Positions 1 to 8,966 of a DNA stretch of 35,418 nucleotides are shown in pieces. Each line of letters opens with the position of its first letter. The stretch's first letter is position 1. The notes under the pieces were generated by a model that searched no databases, was not told the DNA's origin, and worked only from the letters and a program-made list of their open reading frames with translations. The translations under genes were made by a program, and so were the position numbers. This stretch comes from Candidatus Sigynarchaeum calidifontis (GTDB lineage: Archaea; Asgardarchaeota; Lokiarchaeia; Sigyniarchaeales; Sigyniarchaeaceae), in the NCBI GenBank assembly GCA_030587475.2, contig JAUQYZ020000193.1, positions 1-35,418 on the forward strand. Reading direction: 5' to 3'.

Positions 1-1386
1 GTCATCAATCACGGGTCGTTCTTCGACCCAGCCAGGCGCGAGCTCATCAAGGGCAATATTGGCATAAAGAACGGCCAGATCGTTTGCGTTAATGCTAAAG
101 AGCGCGTGGAATGTGAAATCGAAATTGATGGAGCAGGTGCCATCGTGTTACCGGGTTTCATCGATGTCCACGCGCACTTGCGGGACCTGGAACACTCGTA
201 CAAGGAGACGTTCGCGTCAGGCACGAAAGCAGCCATCCACGGTGGCGTCACGACCCTGGTCTGCATGCCGAATACCAAGCCGGCGGTAAGCAGGCCCTCG
301 ATCCTGTCCGATTACATGGCCCGGGCGCGTGCCACGTCGTATTGCAACGTCGGGTTCTACAGCGGGTATCCCCTCGACGATCGTGACTTGCCCGCTCTAA
401 AAAACCTGGGCATCGCCGGGGTCAAGATATACATGGAGCGGTCGCTCGAGTGGCTCGATTGGGCGGATAAAAACGTCCTGGGCATGGCAATCCGGAACGT
501 GATCGAGGAGGGCTTGCCGCTCCACGTGCATCCCGGCACGGTGCATACCAAGGAAGCCGACGGGCTTGCTTACTTGCAATTCATGCAAGAACAGAATTGT
601 AATCCCTTGCAAGCTCATTCCCGGGTGCATTCAGACGTGATGGAGGCAAACGGCATCGACCGGATCCTCGGGCTCGCCGCTGCAGCACGCTTGGAAGATC
701 CATCCATGAAACCTGCCATCCACGTGTGCCACGTTTCTTCGGCACTGGCGTTGCAAGCCATCAAGGGCTGGCGCGAGCGGTTCTCTGGAACCATCACTGC
801 CGAGGCAACCCCGCACCACATGTTCCTCTCGTGCGACACGCGCTTCGAGAAAGATGTCATTGCAAAGGTATTGCAACCGCTCCGGCCGCAGGTCGACGTG
901 GACACCATCTTCAACGCCGTGGTCGACGGCACCATCGACATGGTTGCATCCGACCACGCGCCGCATACCGCGGAGGAGAAACTCGTGCCGTTCCTGGATG
1001 CCCCGTCCGGCTTCCCCGTTCTTGACATCTACGCGCCACTCTTGCTCACGTACATGGTCAAGCGTGGGGCACCGCTCGGAACCATCGTGCGCGCGTGCTG
1101 CGAGGCCCCGGCTGCCAAGCTCGGCCTGGGAACGAGCAAGGGTATCATCAAGAAGGGAGCCGACGCCGACATCATCGTCGCGCGAAAGGTCGAGCCTTAC
1201 ATTCCGAACATCGATAATTTCCAGAGCCAGTCCCGCTTCAGTCCCTACGTGGCTGCAGGGATGGAACTCGAATGGGAGATCACGCACGTGGTCGTGAACG
1301 GCGAATTGCAACTCGAGGACGGGGTGCTTGTCGGCCAGCCTTCGAACCGATTGCTTTTCAATAACCGGAGCAAGCTTGCCTCGTGA
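1..1386 (+). CDS. pyrC: Dihydroorotase (amidohydrolase superfamily), 5' end outside the window
   Basis: Frame 1 is open from base 1 (VINHGSFFDPARRELIKGNIGIKNGQIV...). Motifs PGFIDVHAHLRD, GGVTTLVCMPNT, HVCHVSS, EATPHH, ASDHAPH and GADADI. Confidence 0.85.
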   Translation, partial: VINHGSFFDPARRELIKGNIGIKNGQIVCVNAKERVECEIEIDGAGAIVLPGFIDVHAHLRDLEHSYKETFASGTKAAIHGGVTTLVCMPNTKPAVSRPSILSDYMARARATSYCNVGFYSGYPLDDRDLPALKNLGIAGVKIYMERSLEWLDWADKNVLGMAIRNVIEEGLPLHVHPGTVHTKEADGLAYLQFMQEQNCNPLQAHSRVHSDVMEANGIDRILGLAAAARLEDPSMKPAIHVCHVSSALALQAIKGWRERFSGTITAEATPHHMFLSCDTRFEKDVIAKVLQPLRPQVDVDTIFNAVVDGTIDMVASDHAPHTAEEKLVPFLDAPSGFPVLDIYAPLLLTYMVKRGAPLGTIVRACCEAPAAKLGLGTSKGIIKKGADADIIVARKVEPYIPNIDNFQSQSRFSPYVAAGMELEWEITHVVVNGELQLEDGVLVGQPSNRLLFNNRSKLAS

Positions 1387-1451
1387 TGGAAAAACCTAAA
1401 AAAGTGATCGCTCCATCCTCACCATGATTTCACGGACGTGACAATCGCGCC

Positions 1452-2321
1452 ATGGATCCATCGTATATGCTCGTGATCGAGCCGAAACTCAAGGAATTCC
1501 TTCTTGAAGACGTGCACTTCGAGGATATTTCGACTGCCTTGATCCCCGAAAATGAAAAGGGCAAAGCAGCGTTCATTGCCAACGAAAATGGGATTCTCTG
1601 CGGGCTAATCGAGGCGGAAGCCGCGTATAACCTTGTCGGGTGTAAAGTGAACGCGTTGAAGAAAGAGGGCGCGACGATCGCCAAGGGCGACGTGCTGGCC
1701 ACGGTATCCGGCCCCGTCCGCGCCATCTTGCTCGCGGAGCGAACCGTGCTCAACTTGCTCATGCATCTCAGCGGCGTCGCAACGGCCACGAACCAGTTCC
1801 AGGCCATCGTCGAACAGGCACGCACGAACCCGCATTGCAGAATCGCAGCCACGCGGAAAACCATGCCTGGCTTGCGGGCAATGGAGAAGCGGGCGGTCAT
1901 GGTGGGCGGAGGCGACGCGCACCGCTGGAATCTCGATGACATGGTCTTGCTCAAGGACAACCACATCGCTTTCTTTGGAGATATCGAAACGATGGTCGCC
2001 CGGTACAAGAAAACGACATCATTCACTAAAAAAATTGAGATCGAAGTCACATCGGCCAGCGACGCGGTCAAGGCAGCGAGAGCGGGTGCTGACATCGTCA
2101 TGCTCGACAACATGCCATTTGACGAGATGAAAAGGGCCATTGCAGCGCTCGAGAAGGAGAAGCTGCGCGACAAGGTTGTCGTGGAGAGTTCCGGGAACGT
2201 GGACATCTCTACGGTGGCCCAGCACGCTAAAACTGGTGTCGACTTGATATCGACGAGCGCGATCACGCTGCGAGCAAAACCACTCGACATTTCCCTCGAA
2301 CTAGACGTGAATAGAGGATAA
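1452..2321 (+). CDS. nadC: Nicotinate-nucleotide pyrophosphorylase (quinolinate phosphoribosyltransferase)
   Basis: Motifs LLAERTVLNLL, SGVATAT, ATRKTMPG, HRWNLDDMVLLKDNH, EIEV, ADIVMLDN and LDISL. Confidence 0.95.
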   Translation: MDPSYMLVIEPKLKEFLLEDVHFEDISTALIPENEKGKAAFIANENGILCGLIEAEAAYNLVGCKVNALKKEGATIAKGDVLATVSGPVRAILLAERTVLNLLMHLSGVATATNQFQAIVEQARTNPHCRIAATRKTMPGLRAMEKRAVMVGGGDAHRWNLDDMVLLKDNHIAFFGDIETMVARYKKTTSFTKKIEIEVTSASDAVKAARAGADIVMLDNMPFDEMKRAIAALEKEKLRDKVVVESSGNVDISTVAQHAKTGVDLISTSAITLRAKPLDISLELDVNRG

Positions 2322-2340
2322 CCGCCCTCGAACGCGACGT

Positions 2341-2386
2341 TTTGTGACCACAAATGTGATCTATCACGAATTTTTAAAAACTCGTG
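2341..2386. promoter_or_regulatory. Cluster of three adjacent or overlapping inverted repeats, possible operator region
   Basis: TTTGTG-AC-CACAAA (2341-2354), GTGAT-CT-ATCAC (2356-2367) and CACGAATTTTTAAAAACTCGTG (2365-2386, one mismatch), upstream of the ATG at 2448. Confidence 0.4.
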
Positions 2387-2447
2387 CGGGAAAGTTATCT
2401 TGAACGTACGAGCGTCATTAAGACCACTTCGTATGGGCAGAACCCGC

Positions 2448-2882
2448 ATGGAAACTGATTATTTAAAGTTCTTTCAATCATTCATAGCAAACCTTGTTCA
2501 AATGGGCGGCATCAACTTGCTCAAGTCAAACTCGACCATGCTTGGCCGGAACTTGGGCGAGATTTACAAGAAACGGGGTACGACCGACATCCACGTTGCC
2601 TTGAAATCCATGTTCCACGCGATGGCCGGCAAAACCGTCGAGATCTCGGACGAGAAAGGGGGTGGTTTCACGGTTAACACCGAATTCGAGACGGATTATT
2701 GCCCCATAGGAGGCAGCGTGAAGCCCAAGCGCCACGAGATGTTTTTCGAAGGAATCTGCAAGCCATACGCGGTTGGCTTCATATCTGCATTCAAACCAGG
2801 GGCAAAAATCGATCTCGTTTGTAAATCTTGCGTGCTCAAGACCGGAGATAACAAGTGTCAAATCCAAGCCATTATCCAATGA
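2448..2882 (+). CDS. V4R / methanogen-output-domain-like small ligand-binding protein
   Basis: Likely start METDYLKFF at 2448. Helical N-terminus (MLGRNLGEIY), then CPIGG...GICKPYAVGF...CKSC...KCQI, the Cys pattern seen in V4R-type domains. Confidence 0.6.
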   Translation: METDYLKFFQSFIANLVQMGGINLLKSNSTMLGRNLGEIYKKRGTTDIHVALKSMFHAMAGKTVEISDEKGGGFTVNTEFETDYCPIGGSVKPKRHEMFFEGICKPYAVGFISAFKPGAKIDLVCKSCVLKTGDNKCQIQAIIQ

Positions 2883-2900
2883 GTATTATTCCCATTCGTT

Positions 2901-3794
2901 TCAAGGATAGAAGATCAACGAAACGATGAGGAAAGTCACTACGGCCGCGAACATGGATGCGAGAAAGTTCACGGCATCATTATCGAGCCATTCAGTCCCG
3001 TGCAGTAAAATCGTCGGTCCAGAGCAATGGACACGCTTCTCTGTCTCCTTGCCACACGACTGGCACTTGAACGCTGCTTGCACCGTCGCGCCGAGCACGC
3101 TATCGACTATCGATCCTAAAAATGCCATCGATGTAGCCATAACGAATGCCAGCCAACATCGAGGGTCGATCACGCTCGTGATACGAAAAATGCACGAGAA
3201 CAAGAAACCGGTGCCCGCGACGAGGAGTGCACCAGCTGCAGCAGCCAAGGTTCCCTTGCGGGTGACGCCGCCCGACGTGCCGGGCTCTACGACCTTCCGC
3301 AGATCGAGGATCCAGCGGGGCTTGTTCCCGGAGAGCATGCCGATCTCCGTGGCCCACGTGTCTGAATTCGACGCTGCAAAGGCAGCGATGACGGAAAACG
3401 CAGCAGAGCGCAAGATCCAGGAGGGCAGAGCTGCAAACGACGAGATCGCATATATCATTGCCATGATGAAGCCAGCAGAGCCGTTGGCAAGCACTTGATG
3501 GACATCCCGCGTGCTTCCCTTTGCCGCGTGCTCTTGTGCCTCTTTTTTCTCGCGCTCGTGCAGTTTAGACAGCAAGCTGCTCGAAACGAAGAAAGTTAAT
3601 AAGATGATGAAGAACATAGGTTCGATCATCCACAACGTAAGGCCCATGGCAAAAGCAGCTATCGTGGCCCATTTCGTGAGGTGTCCCTTCCGCAACGCCC
3701 ACGCTAGAACGAGAAGATTGATGAGGAATCCCGTGATTGCCCCGATGATCCATCCCCATGGCGAGAGCGGGGTCGCGAACCATGTCAGAGACAT
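2901..3794 (-). CDS. DUF92 (TMEM19/VTE6-like) membrane protein, putative prenyl-phosphate kinase
   Basis: Motifs FFVSSSLLSK, RDVHQVLANG, SNSDTWATEIG, VEPGTSGGVT, DSVLGATVQ and DNDAVNFL; many TM segments. Confidence 0.9.
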   Translation of the reverse strand: MSLTWFATPLSPWGWIIGAITGFLINLLVLAWALRKGHLTKWATIAAFAMGLTLWMIEPMFFIILLTFFVSSSLLSKLHEREKKEAQEHAAKGSTRDVHQVLANGSAGFIMAMIYAISSFAALPSWILRSAAFSVIAAFAASNSDTWATEIGMLSGNKPRWILDLRKVVEPGTSGGVTRKGTLAAAAGALLVAGTGFLFSCIFRITSVIDPRCWLAFVMATSMAFLGSIVDSVLGATVQAAFKCQSCGKETEKRVHCSGPTILLHGTEWLDNDAVNFLASMFAAVVTFLIVSLIFYP

Positions 3795-3879
3795 AATCTG
3801 AGGGTACGCACGGAAGTGTTTTATGGTTTCTCGTCGAAGTTTTCAGAAATCAAGGCAAGAATGCGTGCATGAAACGGAC

Positions 3880-4632
3880 ATGAGCGCGGATCCGGCCGTG
3901 AACTTGCTCCTGATGGCGTGTTCCTACGCGTACGGGTTCATCGTCATCGGTATCGGACGGTTTCTCCAGCGGCGGCTTGGCAAGGACGCGAGCTTCACCA
4001 GGAAAGTTATCCACTTGTTCGCCGGCTATTCGAGCTTCGTCGTGTTCTGGTTCTCGCCCGCGTTCGCGTGGCTTGCCATCATCATCGGGGTAAGCTTCAC
4101 GGCTCTCTTGTACATGGCAAGGCCCGCGGGCCCGCTCCATGCCGTCTTCGATTCCATGGCGCGGCCGGACGACCGCAAGGCCGGGGGGCTTGGTGGCCCC
4201 GTGTATTATGCGATCTCGCTCACGGTACTGACGTCGATCTGCACGTTTCCCTTGCTACCGCAGCTGCTCCCGTACTTCTGGATCCCGGCCTCTTGCCTCA
4301 GCATGATGTTCGTCGGCGACGGTATCGCGCCCATCATCGGGAAACGGTGGGGAAAACACGTGTATGGTAACCACGGCCGGACGGTCGAGGGATCGCTCGC
4401 GGTTTTCGCCGGAGGCTTTGCGGGCTTTGCGATCACGCTGTTCATTGCCATTTGCTTTGCAACCAACCAGCTGGTTCCCGGCCAAATAGCAACCGTAATC
4501 ATCATCGGCCTCGTCGTATCCGGGATCAACACTGCAGTCGAGGCCATCTCCCCGAGCGGGTACGATAACATGACGTGCCCTCTCGTTTCCACAGGCGCAT
4601 TTGTCTTGCTATTGCTCGTGTTCATCGCGTGA
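3880..4632 (+). CDS. Phytol/dolichol kinase family CTP-dependent polyprenol kinase
   Basis: Motifs FTRKVIH, GPVYY, GDGIAPIIGKRWG, RTVEGS and VEAISPSGYDN. Probable start MSADPAV at 3880 (ORF track starts at 3823). Confidence 0.85.
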   Translation: MSADPAVNLLLMACSYAYGFIVIGIGRFLQRRLGKDASFTRKVIHLFAGYSSFVVFWFSPAFAWLAIIIGVSFTALLYMARPAGPLHAVFDSMARPDDRKAGGLGGPVYYAISLTVLTSICTFPLLPQLLPYFWIPASCLSMMFVGDGIAPIIGKRWGKHVYGNHGRTVEGSLAVFAGGFAGFAITLFIAICFATNQLVPGQIATVIIIGLVVSGINTAVEAISPSGYDNMTCPLVSTGAFVLLLLVFIA

Positions 4633-4635
4633 AAA

Positions 4636-5988
4636 ATGAAAAAAATCGCTTCACTGGTGATGCACATGGAGAAACCCGTCGTTTCCATCGTCAAGTACAA
4701 GGAACCGCTCGCGTCCGTGCGGGAAGCCATCGACCTCGCTAGCGGCTTCAAGCAGCTGAAGCCTGGATCCAAGGTTTTCATAAAGCCAAACGTCGTCTAC
4801 TGGAACAGGCTCGTGCCATTTCCCAAGTGGGGCATGATCACGACGTCTCGCGTCATGGAGGACACCATCACGCTGCTCGCCGAGCACGGGGTCAAGGACA
4901 TCACGATAGGCGAGGGGATCATCACCTACGACCCGAAGGACAGGGAAACCCCCGTGGACGCGTGGGAAAAGCTCGGGTATAACACGCTAGCCAAGCGTTT
5001 TGGCATAAAGATCGTCAATCTTTTCGAGCGGCCGTACAAGAAAGTCGATTTGGGTTGCGATTTCCTTGCGAACGTGAGCGCCGATGCTCTCGATGCGGAT
5101 TTTCTTGTAAACATTCCCGTGCTCAAGACGCACACGCAAGCCATGGTGAGCCTTGGAATAAAGAACTTGAAAGGTCTTCTTGACATGGCAACACGCAAGA
5201 AATTCCACGCGGCAGACCCGGTCAAGAATTTACATTTCAATATCGCACATCTCTTGAACAAGATCAAGCCAGCACTGACGATCATCGACGGCATCTACAC
5301 GCTCGAGCGCGGGCCGGCCATGAATGGCAGCGCGCATCGCAAGGACATCATCGTGGCATCGACGGACGTGCTTTCAGCAGATCTCGTCGGCTCGAAACTG
5401 CTGGGTTTCGATCCGTCGACCGTGAAGCATGTCGCCATCGCCGCTCGGAACGCGGGAAGACCAGCAGATCTCTCTGATGTAAACATCGTTGGTGAGCCCA
5501 TCGAGTCGCTCGCGTCCCACCACGAATGGGAATTCCAGTACAATGATGCGGGGGATTTACCGCTCCCGTTCTACAAGCAAGGGATGAAAGGGATCAAGTA
5601 CCGCAAGTACGACGATACCATGTGCACGTACTGCTCGGACATCAACGCGATCATCTTGATGGGGATCAAGTTCGCGTGGGATGGAAAGCCATTCGGTGAC
5701 GTGGAAGTGCTCACGGGCAAGGTAATGAAACCAACACCAGGCATGAAAAAAACCATCCTCGTTGGTCAATGTATTTGGAACGCGTGCAAAGACAACAAGG
5801 ATATCCAGCAAGCGATACCGATCAAGGGTTGTCCCCCATCCAAGGAAGCTTTGAAGGAGGCCATGGAAAAAGCGGGGATCGAGTTGCCTGACATGTTTTA
5901 CAATAACTTGGACAAGGGCACGGGGTTGTTCATGGCAAAATACCGCGACAAGCCAGAGTTTGACGAGAAATTTTACGAGATAAAATAA
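4636..5988 (+). CDS. DUF362 family Fe-S protein with a C-terminal Cys-rich extension
   Basis: Motifs VFIKPN, ITIGEG, PVLKTH, LGIKNLKG and IIDGI..ERGP; C-terminal CTYCS, GQC and KGCPP. True start may be a few codons later. Confidence 0.8.
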   Translation: MKKIASLVMHMEKPVVSIVKYKEPLASVREAIDLASGFKQLKPGSKVFIKPNVVYWNRLVPFPKWGMITTSRVMEDTITLLAEHGVKDITIGEGIITYDPKDRETPVDAWEKLGYNTLAKRFGIKIVNLFERPYKKVDLGCDFLANVSADALDADFLVNIPVLKTHTQAMVSLGIKNLKGLLDMATRKKFHAADPVKNLHFNIAHLLNKIKPALTIIDGIYTLERGPAMNGSAHRKDIIVASTDVLSADLVGSKLLGFDPSTVKHVAIAARNAGRPADLSDVNIVGEPIESLASHHEWEFQYNDAGDLPLPFYKQGMKGIKYRKYDDTMCTYCSDINAIILMGIKFAWDGKPFGDVEVLTGKVMKPTPGMKKTILVGQCIWNACKDNKDIQQAIPIKGCPPSKEALKEAMEKAGIELPDMFYNNLDKGTGLFMAKYRDKPEFDEKFYEIK

Positions 5989-6074
5989 TCAAGGCATCGA
6001 TGGCATCTCCGTTCCCCTTGAACCCCGCAGTTTTTCACGTAAAGTTTTTCATATAGATTCAATCTATAGGACAC

Positions 6075-6866
6075 ATGCACGAAGATACAACCTCGATATC
6101 TCGATCAACGAGAACATGCATCGTCATGACCGCGTTTTCATTGTTATTTCTCGCCGTGCTCCCCAGTTTCGGCCATGTCGTGATAGCAGCAGGAGGGCAA
6201 TATGTGGACACCACTGATGACATCTACGTCTACACGCCTGAGGCTTACAGGGCCACTTCGTGTTATCTAACTTCCGATTATTCGTCCAATGACGTATCCC
6301 GCGTTGCGTGGGACAACGTTTCCGGGAGCTACATCTTCAACGTCACGTTCCAGCAAAATGTTAATGTATCGAACATCAGCTTGATTCTCTATTTCTTTGC
6401 CAACGCCTCGTATACAAGCCCGGCAGACATCCCTCCATACTCGTTCCAGGAGAGCTTCTTCGTCGAGATCAATACAGAATTCCCTCCCCGTTGTTGCTAC
6501 AATTACACCTACCAGAAATACTTCTACTCGGTTCACGTGCATGATGGTAAAACCGTGGAAATGACCTTGTCGCCAAGCCAGACGTATATCCTAGACCCGA
6601 TCCAAAACAGGCTGCCCATGGATCAATGGTTCTGCGTGGGGATTTCATCTATCAAGTTGGACGGGGCGTGGGGGTACGACTACATCAACTGGCCGCAGCG
6701 GTTCAACAACGACCAGCTCTGGCTGACGTACGACCCCTATTACTGGCACAAGATCATCGCCATCGGGGCCGTTGCTCTGGGCGTCGTGATTGTCTTGACG
6801 ATCATCTTGATAAAAAGGAATAAAGGGAAAAACACGAAGGCTGCAAACGAAAAAAGGCCTACATGA
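6075..6866 (+). CDS. Hypothetical secreted, C-terminally membrane-anchored surface protein
   Basis: N-terminal hydrophobic signal-like segment; Y/N/S/T-rich ectodomain with N-x-S/T sequons (NVS, NVT, NIS, NAS, NYT); C-terminal TM helix followed by a basic tail. Confidence 0.7.
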   Translation: MHEDTTSISRSTRTCIVMTAFSLLFLAVLPSFGHVVIAAGGQYVDTTDDIYVYTPEAYRATSCYLTSDYSSNDVSRVAWDNVSGSYIFNVTFQQNVNVSNISLILYFFANASYTSPADIPPYSFQESFFVEINTEFPPRCCYNYTYQKYFYSVHVHDGKTVEMTLSPSQTYILDPIQNRLPMDQWFCVGISSIKLDGAWGYDYINWPQRFNNDQLWLTYDPYYWHKIIAIGAVALGVVIVLTIILIKRNKGKNTKAANEKRPT

Positions 6867-6867
6867 C

Positions 6868-6893
6868 TTTTTTTTTTCTTTTCTCTTGTTTTC
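6868..6893 (+). terminator. Oligo-T archaeal intrinsic terminator
   Basis: T10 followed by a T-rich tract immediately after the stop at 6866, between convergent genes. Confidence 0.55.
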
Positions 6894-7283
6894 CTATAGC
6901 ATGGCAATGCAATCGATCTCGATGCGGGCGCCCTCCTTGGCGAGCTTGGTGATTTCAACAGTGGTGCGCGTGGGCTTGCGATCCTTGGCGCCATTCGCAT
7001 CGAAGAACTTCGTGTAGGCATCATTCATCCGCGTGAACTCTGCGATGTTGGTCATGAACACCGTGCACCGCACGATATTCGCCACCTTCGCGCCCGCCTT
7101 CTCGATGATGGCCTTGAGGTTGCCAAGGGTCACCGCTGTCTGTTCCTCGATGCTAGTCGGAACCTTCCCGTCGCTGCCTACCGGTACTTGGCCGGAGACG
7201 AAGATGAGGTTCCCCGCTATCAAACCAGGGCTGTACGGGCCGCCTTTCGGGGCTCCCGTGTCAACTATCTTGATATCCACCAT
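6894..7283 (-). CDS. ridA: RidA/YjgF/UK114 family enamine deaminase
   Basis: Motifs APKGGPYSPG, IFVSGQVP, FTRMNDAY, KPTRTTV (catalytic Arg) and IEIDCIA. Confidence 0.9.
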   Translation of the reverse strand: MVDIKIVDTGAPKGGPYSPGLIAGNLIFVSGQVPVGSDGKVPTSIEEQTAVTLGNLKAIIEKAGAKVANIVRCTVFMTNIAEFTRMNDAYTKFFDANGAKDRKPTRTTVEITKLAKEGARIEIDCIAML

Positions 7284-7290
7284 GTAATGT

Positions 7291-8628
7291 TCACTCCTTT
7301 TTCCTCAAAAGTTGTTTTTCAATGCTTTTCGATCGCGAGACGCCAGATGCATTAACAACCTTCGCGAACTCGGCGTCCCAGTCATGGTCAATCGTCACGA
7401 CGGGCAAAGCCGGGTTGATCCGCCGTGCAGAGTCCATGTCCTTGAATCCCGAACCCGTCACGATGAGGACGACCTCTTCCGACTTGTCGATCGTGCGGTT
7501 CTCGGCGAGCTGGATGAGGGCTGCAGCGGTCGTGGCACTTGATGGTTCTGTAAAAATGCCCTCGAGCCGCGCCAGTTGCTTTTCGCCATCGAGGATTGCC
7601 GCGTCGTCGACTATACACGCGGTACCCCCGGTCTTTTTTACCGAAGGAATGGCCAGACGTGCATCCAAAGGAATATCATCGGCCAAAGCAGTCGCGATGG
7701 TGTTGATGTCCGGCCAAGGATGCTTGTATATCTCCTCGATAGGGGTGCCATCAAGTATGGCTCGCGACAGCGGCGGGCAACCAGCCGGTTGCACTGCGAT
7801 GAACCTCGGGACATGCTGAATTACTCCCAGGTCAAACAGGTCTACGAAGCCCTGGTAGACGTGCGAAAGCAACCCGCCGCCACCCGCGGGGCATACGATG
7901 GTATCCGGCGCCGGATCCAATCCAGACACGATACGATCATGCACGATCTCGTAGGCCAAGGTTTTCGCGCCGTGGTTAATGTACGGATTGACTTGAGATG
8001 CTGTCATGAGATTCGTGAACCCGTATTTCGCACAAGCTGATGCGACGGCAGCGAGAATATCTGATGTCGATTTTGTCTTGACTTTAAACACGCGGGCTCC
8101 ATACGCTTGCACTTGAGCAATTTTATTGGCAGGACTCATCTCGGGGACGAAGACCATCGCGGGCAAGCGCGCCCGGGCGCTGTAAGCCGACACCGCCGCG
8201 CCGACGTTGCCTGACGAGACCGTGATGACGCCCGAGGTTCCCATCTCGATCGCCCGGGAGATGCCCATGGAGACTTGCCGGTCCTTGAAGGATCCCGTGG
8301 GGTTCCCCGTCTCGACTTTAAACGACACGCGAGCCAGGCCAAGGGCGGGGCCGAGATGCTTGCTCGCCAGCAGCGGCGTGCTCCCCTCGCCGAGTGACAC
8401 GACGTGAGAGGCATCCAGCAACGGCAAAAAATCAAAGTACTTCCACATTGATCTCACCGCCAACCCTTTGAACGCCGCAAACGACACGGGTGAGCTGCAT
8501 CGCTCCCTGAGTGGCTCGAGATCGACACGCGCGTCGAGCTGCCCGCCGCAAGAAGGGCACTTCACCGAGGTCGACGATTCGGGCAGTTCCATGGCGCAAG
8601 AAAGACAAACCAAGCGGAATTTTGCCAT
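7291..8628 (-). CDS. thrC: Threonine synthase (fold-type II PLP enzyme) with an N-terminal zinc ribbon
   Basis: CLSC...CPSCGG; SLGEGSTPL; NPTGSFKDR (PLP lysine); SSGNVG; PAGGGG; EGIFTEPSSA; TGSGFKD. Confidence 0.85.
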   Translation of the reverse strand: MAKFRLVCLSCAMELPESSTSVKCPSCGGQLDARVDLEPLRERCSSPVSFAAFKGLAVRSMWKYFDFLPLLDASHVVSLGEGSTPLLASKHLGPALGLARVSFKVETGNPTGSFKDRQVSMGISRAIEMGTSGVITVSSGNVGAAVSAYSARARLPAMVFVPEMSPANKIAQVQAYGARVFKVKTKSTSDILAAVASACAKYGFTNLMTASQVNPYINHGAKTLAYEIVHDRIVSGLDPAPDTIVCPAGGGGLLSHVYQGFVDLFDLGVIQHVPRFIAVQPAGCPPLSRAILDGTPIEEIYKHPWPDINTIATALADDIPLDARLAIPSVKKTGGTACIVDDAAILDGEKQLARLEGIFTEPSSATTAAALIQLAENRTIDKSEEVVLIVTGSGFKDMDSARRINPALPVVTIDHDWDAEFAKVVNASGVSRSKSIEKQLLRKKE

Positions 8629-8719
8629 GCGCGATCAAGCAAAAACTAGCCCCGGCGAGCAATAAAGCCAGTCGAGATGGATGAACGGGCGCACGGTGGA
8701 AGGAACCGATGGCTCGAGC

Positions 8720-8875
8720 TCACTTCGTGTAGACCGGCACGATGTCATCGCCTTTACATTTCGGACATCGCATCTCGCTCTTTCCATTCGACGACGAAGA
8801 CAAGTCAAAATTGAAATGTGCCTCGCCGATCTCGAACACGTGCCCGCACGACGCGCACTTGACTTTTCCGCGCAT
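8720..8875 (-). CDS. Small zinc-ribbon protein (FmdB-like), 51 aa, absent from the ORF track
   Basis: Manual translation MRGKVKCASCGHVFEIGEAHFNFDLSSSSNGKSEMRCPKCKGDDIVPVYTK*, with the CxxCGHxFE...CPxC signature. Confidence 0.8.
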   Translation of the reverse strand: MRGKVKCASCGHVFEIGEAHFNFDLSSSSNGKSEMRCPKCKGDDIVPVYTK

Positions 8876-8966
8876 GATGTTTTTTCCCTGCAGCAACTAT
8901 ACCCGGACTACCAGTACCAGCTTGTTTGTAAAAAATGTTAAGTTGGCCCGGGTGAAGATCGACTCC

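Noticed and set aside
1430-2449. Long antisense ORFs (1430-2449, 11434-12666, 20419-21411 and similar)
   Set aside because: They overlap well-supported genes on the opposite strand and have no motifs; typical shadow ORFs.
6894-8628. thrC-ridA adjacency as a novel system
   Set aside because: Pairing RidA with enamine-generating PLP enzymes is established and ordinary.
8742-8966. N-terminal 75 aa of the 951-aa GH2 ORF
   Set aside because: It overlaps the opposite-strand zinc-ribbon gene, and GH2-like sequence starts only at MKPIERL (8967).
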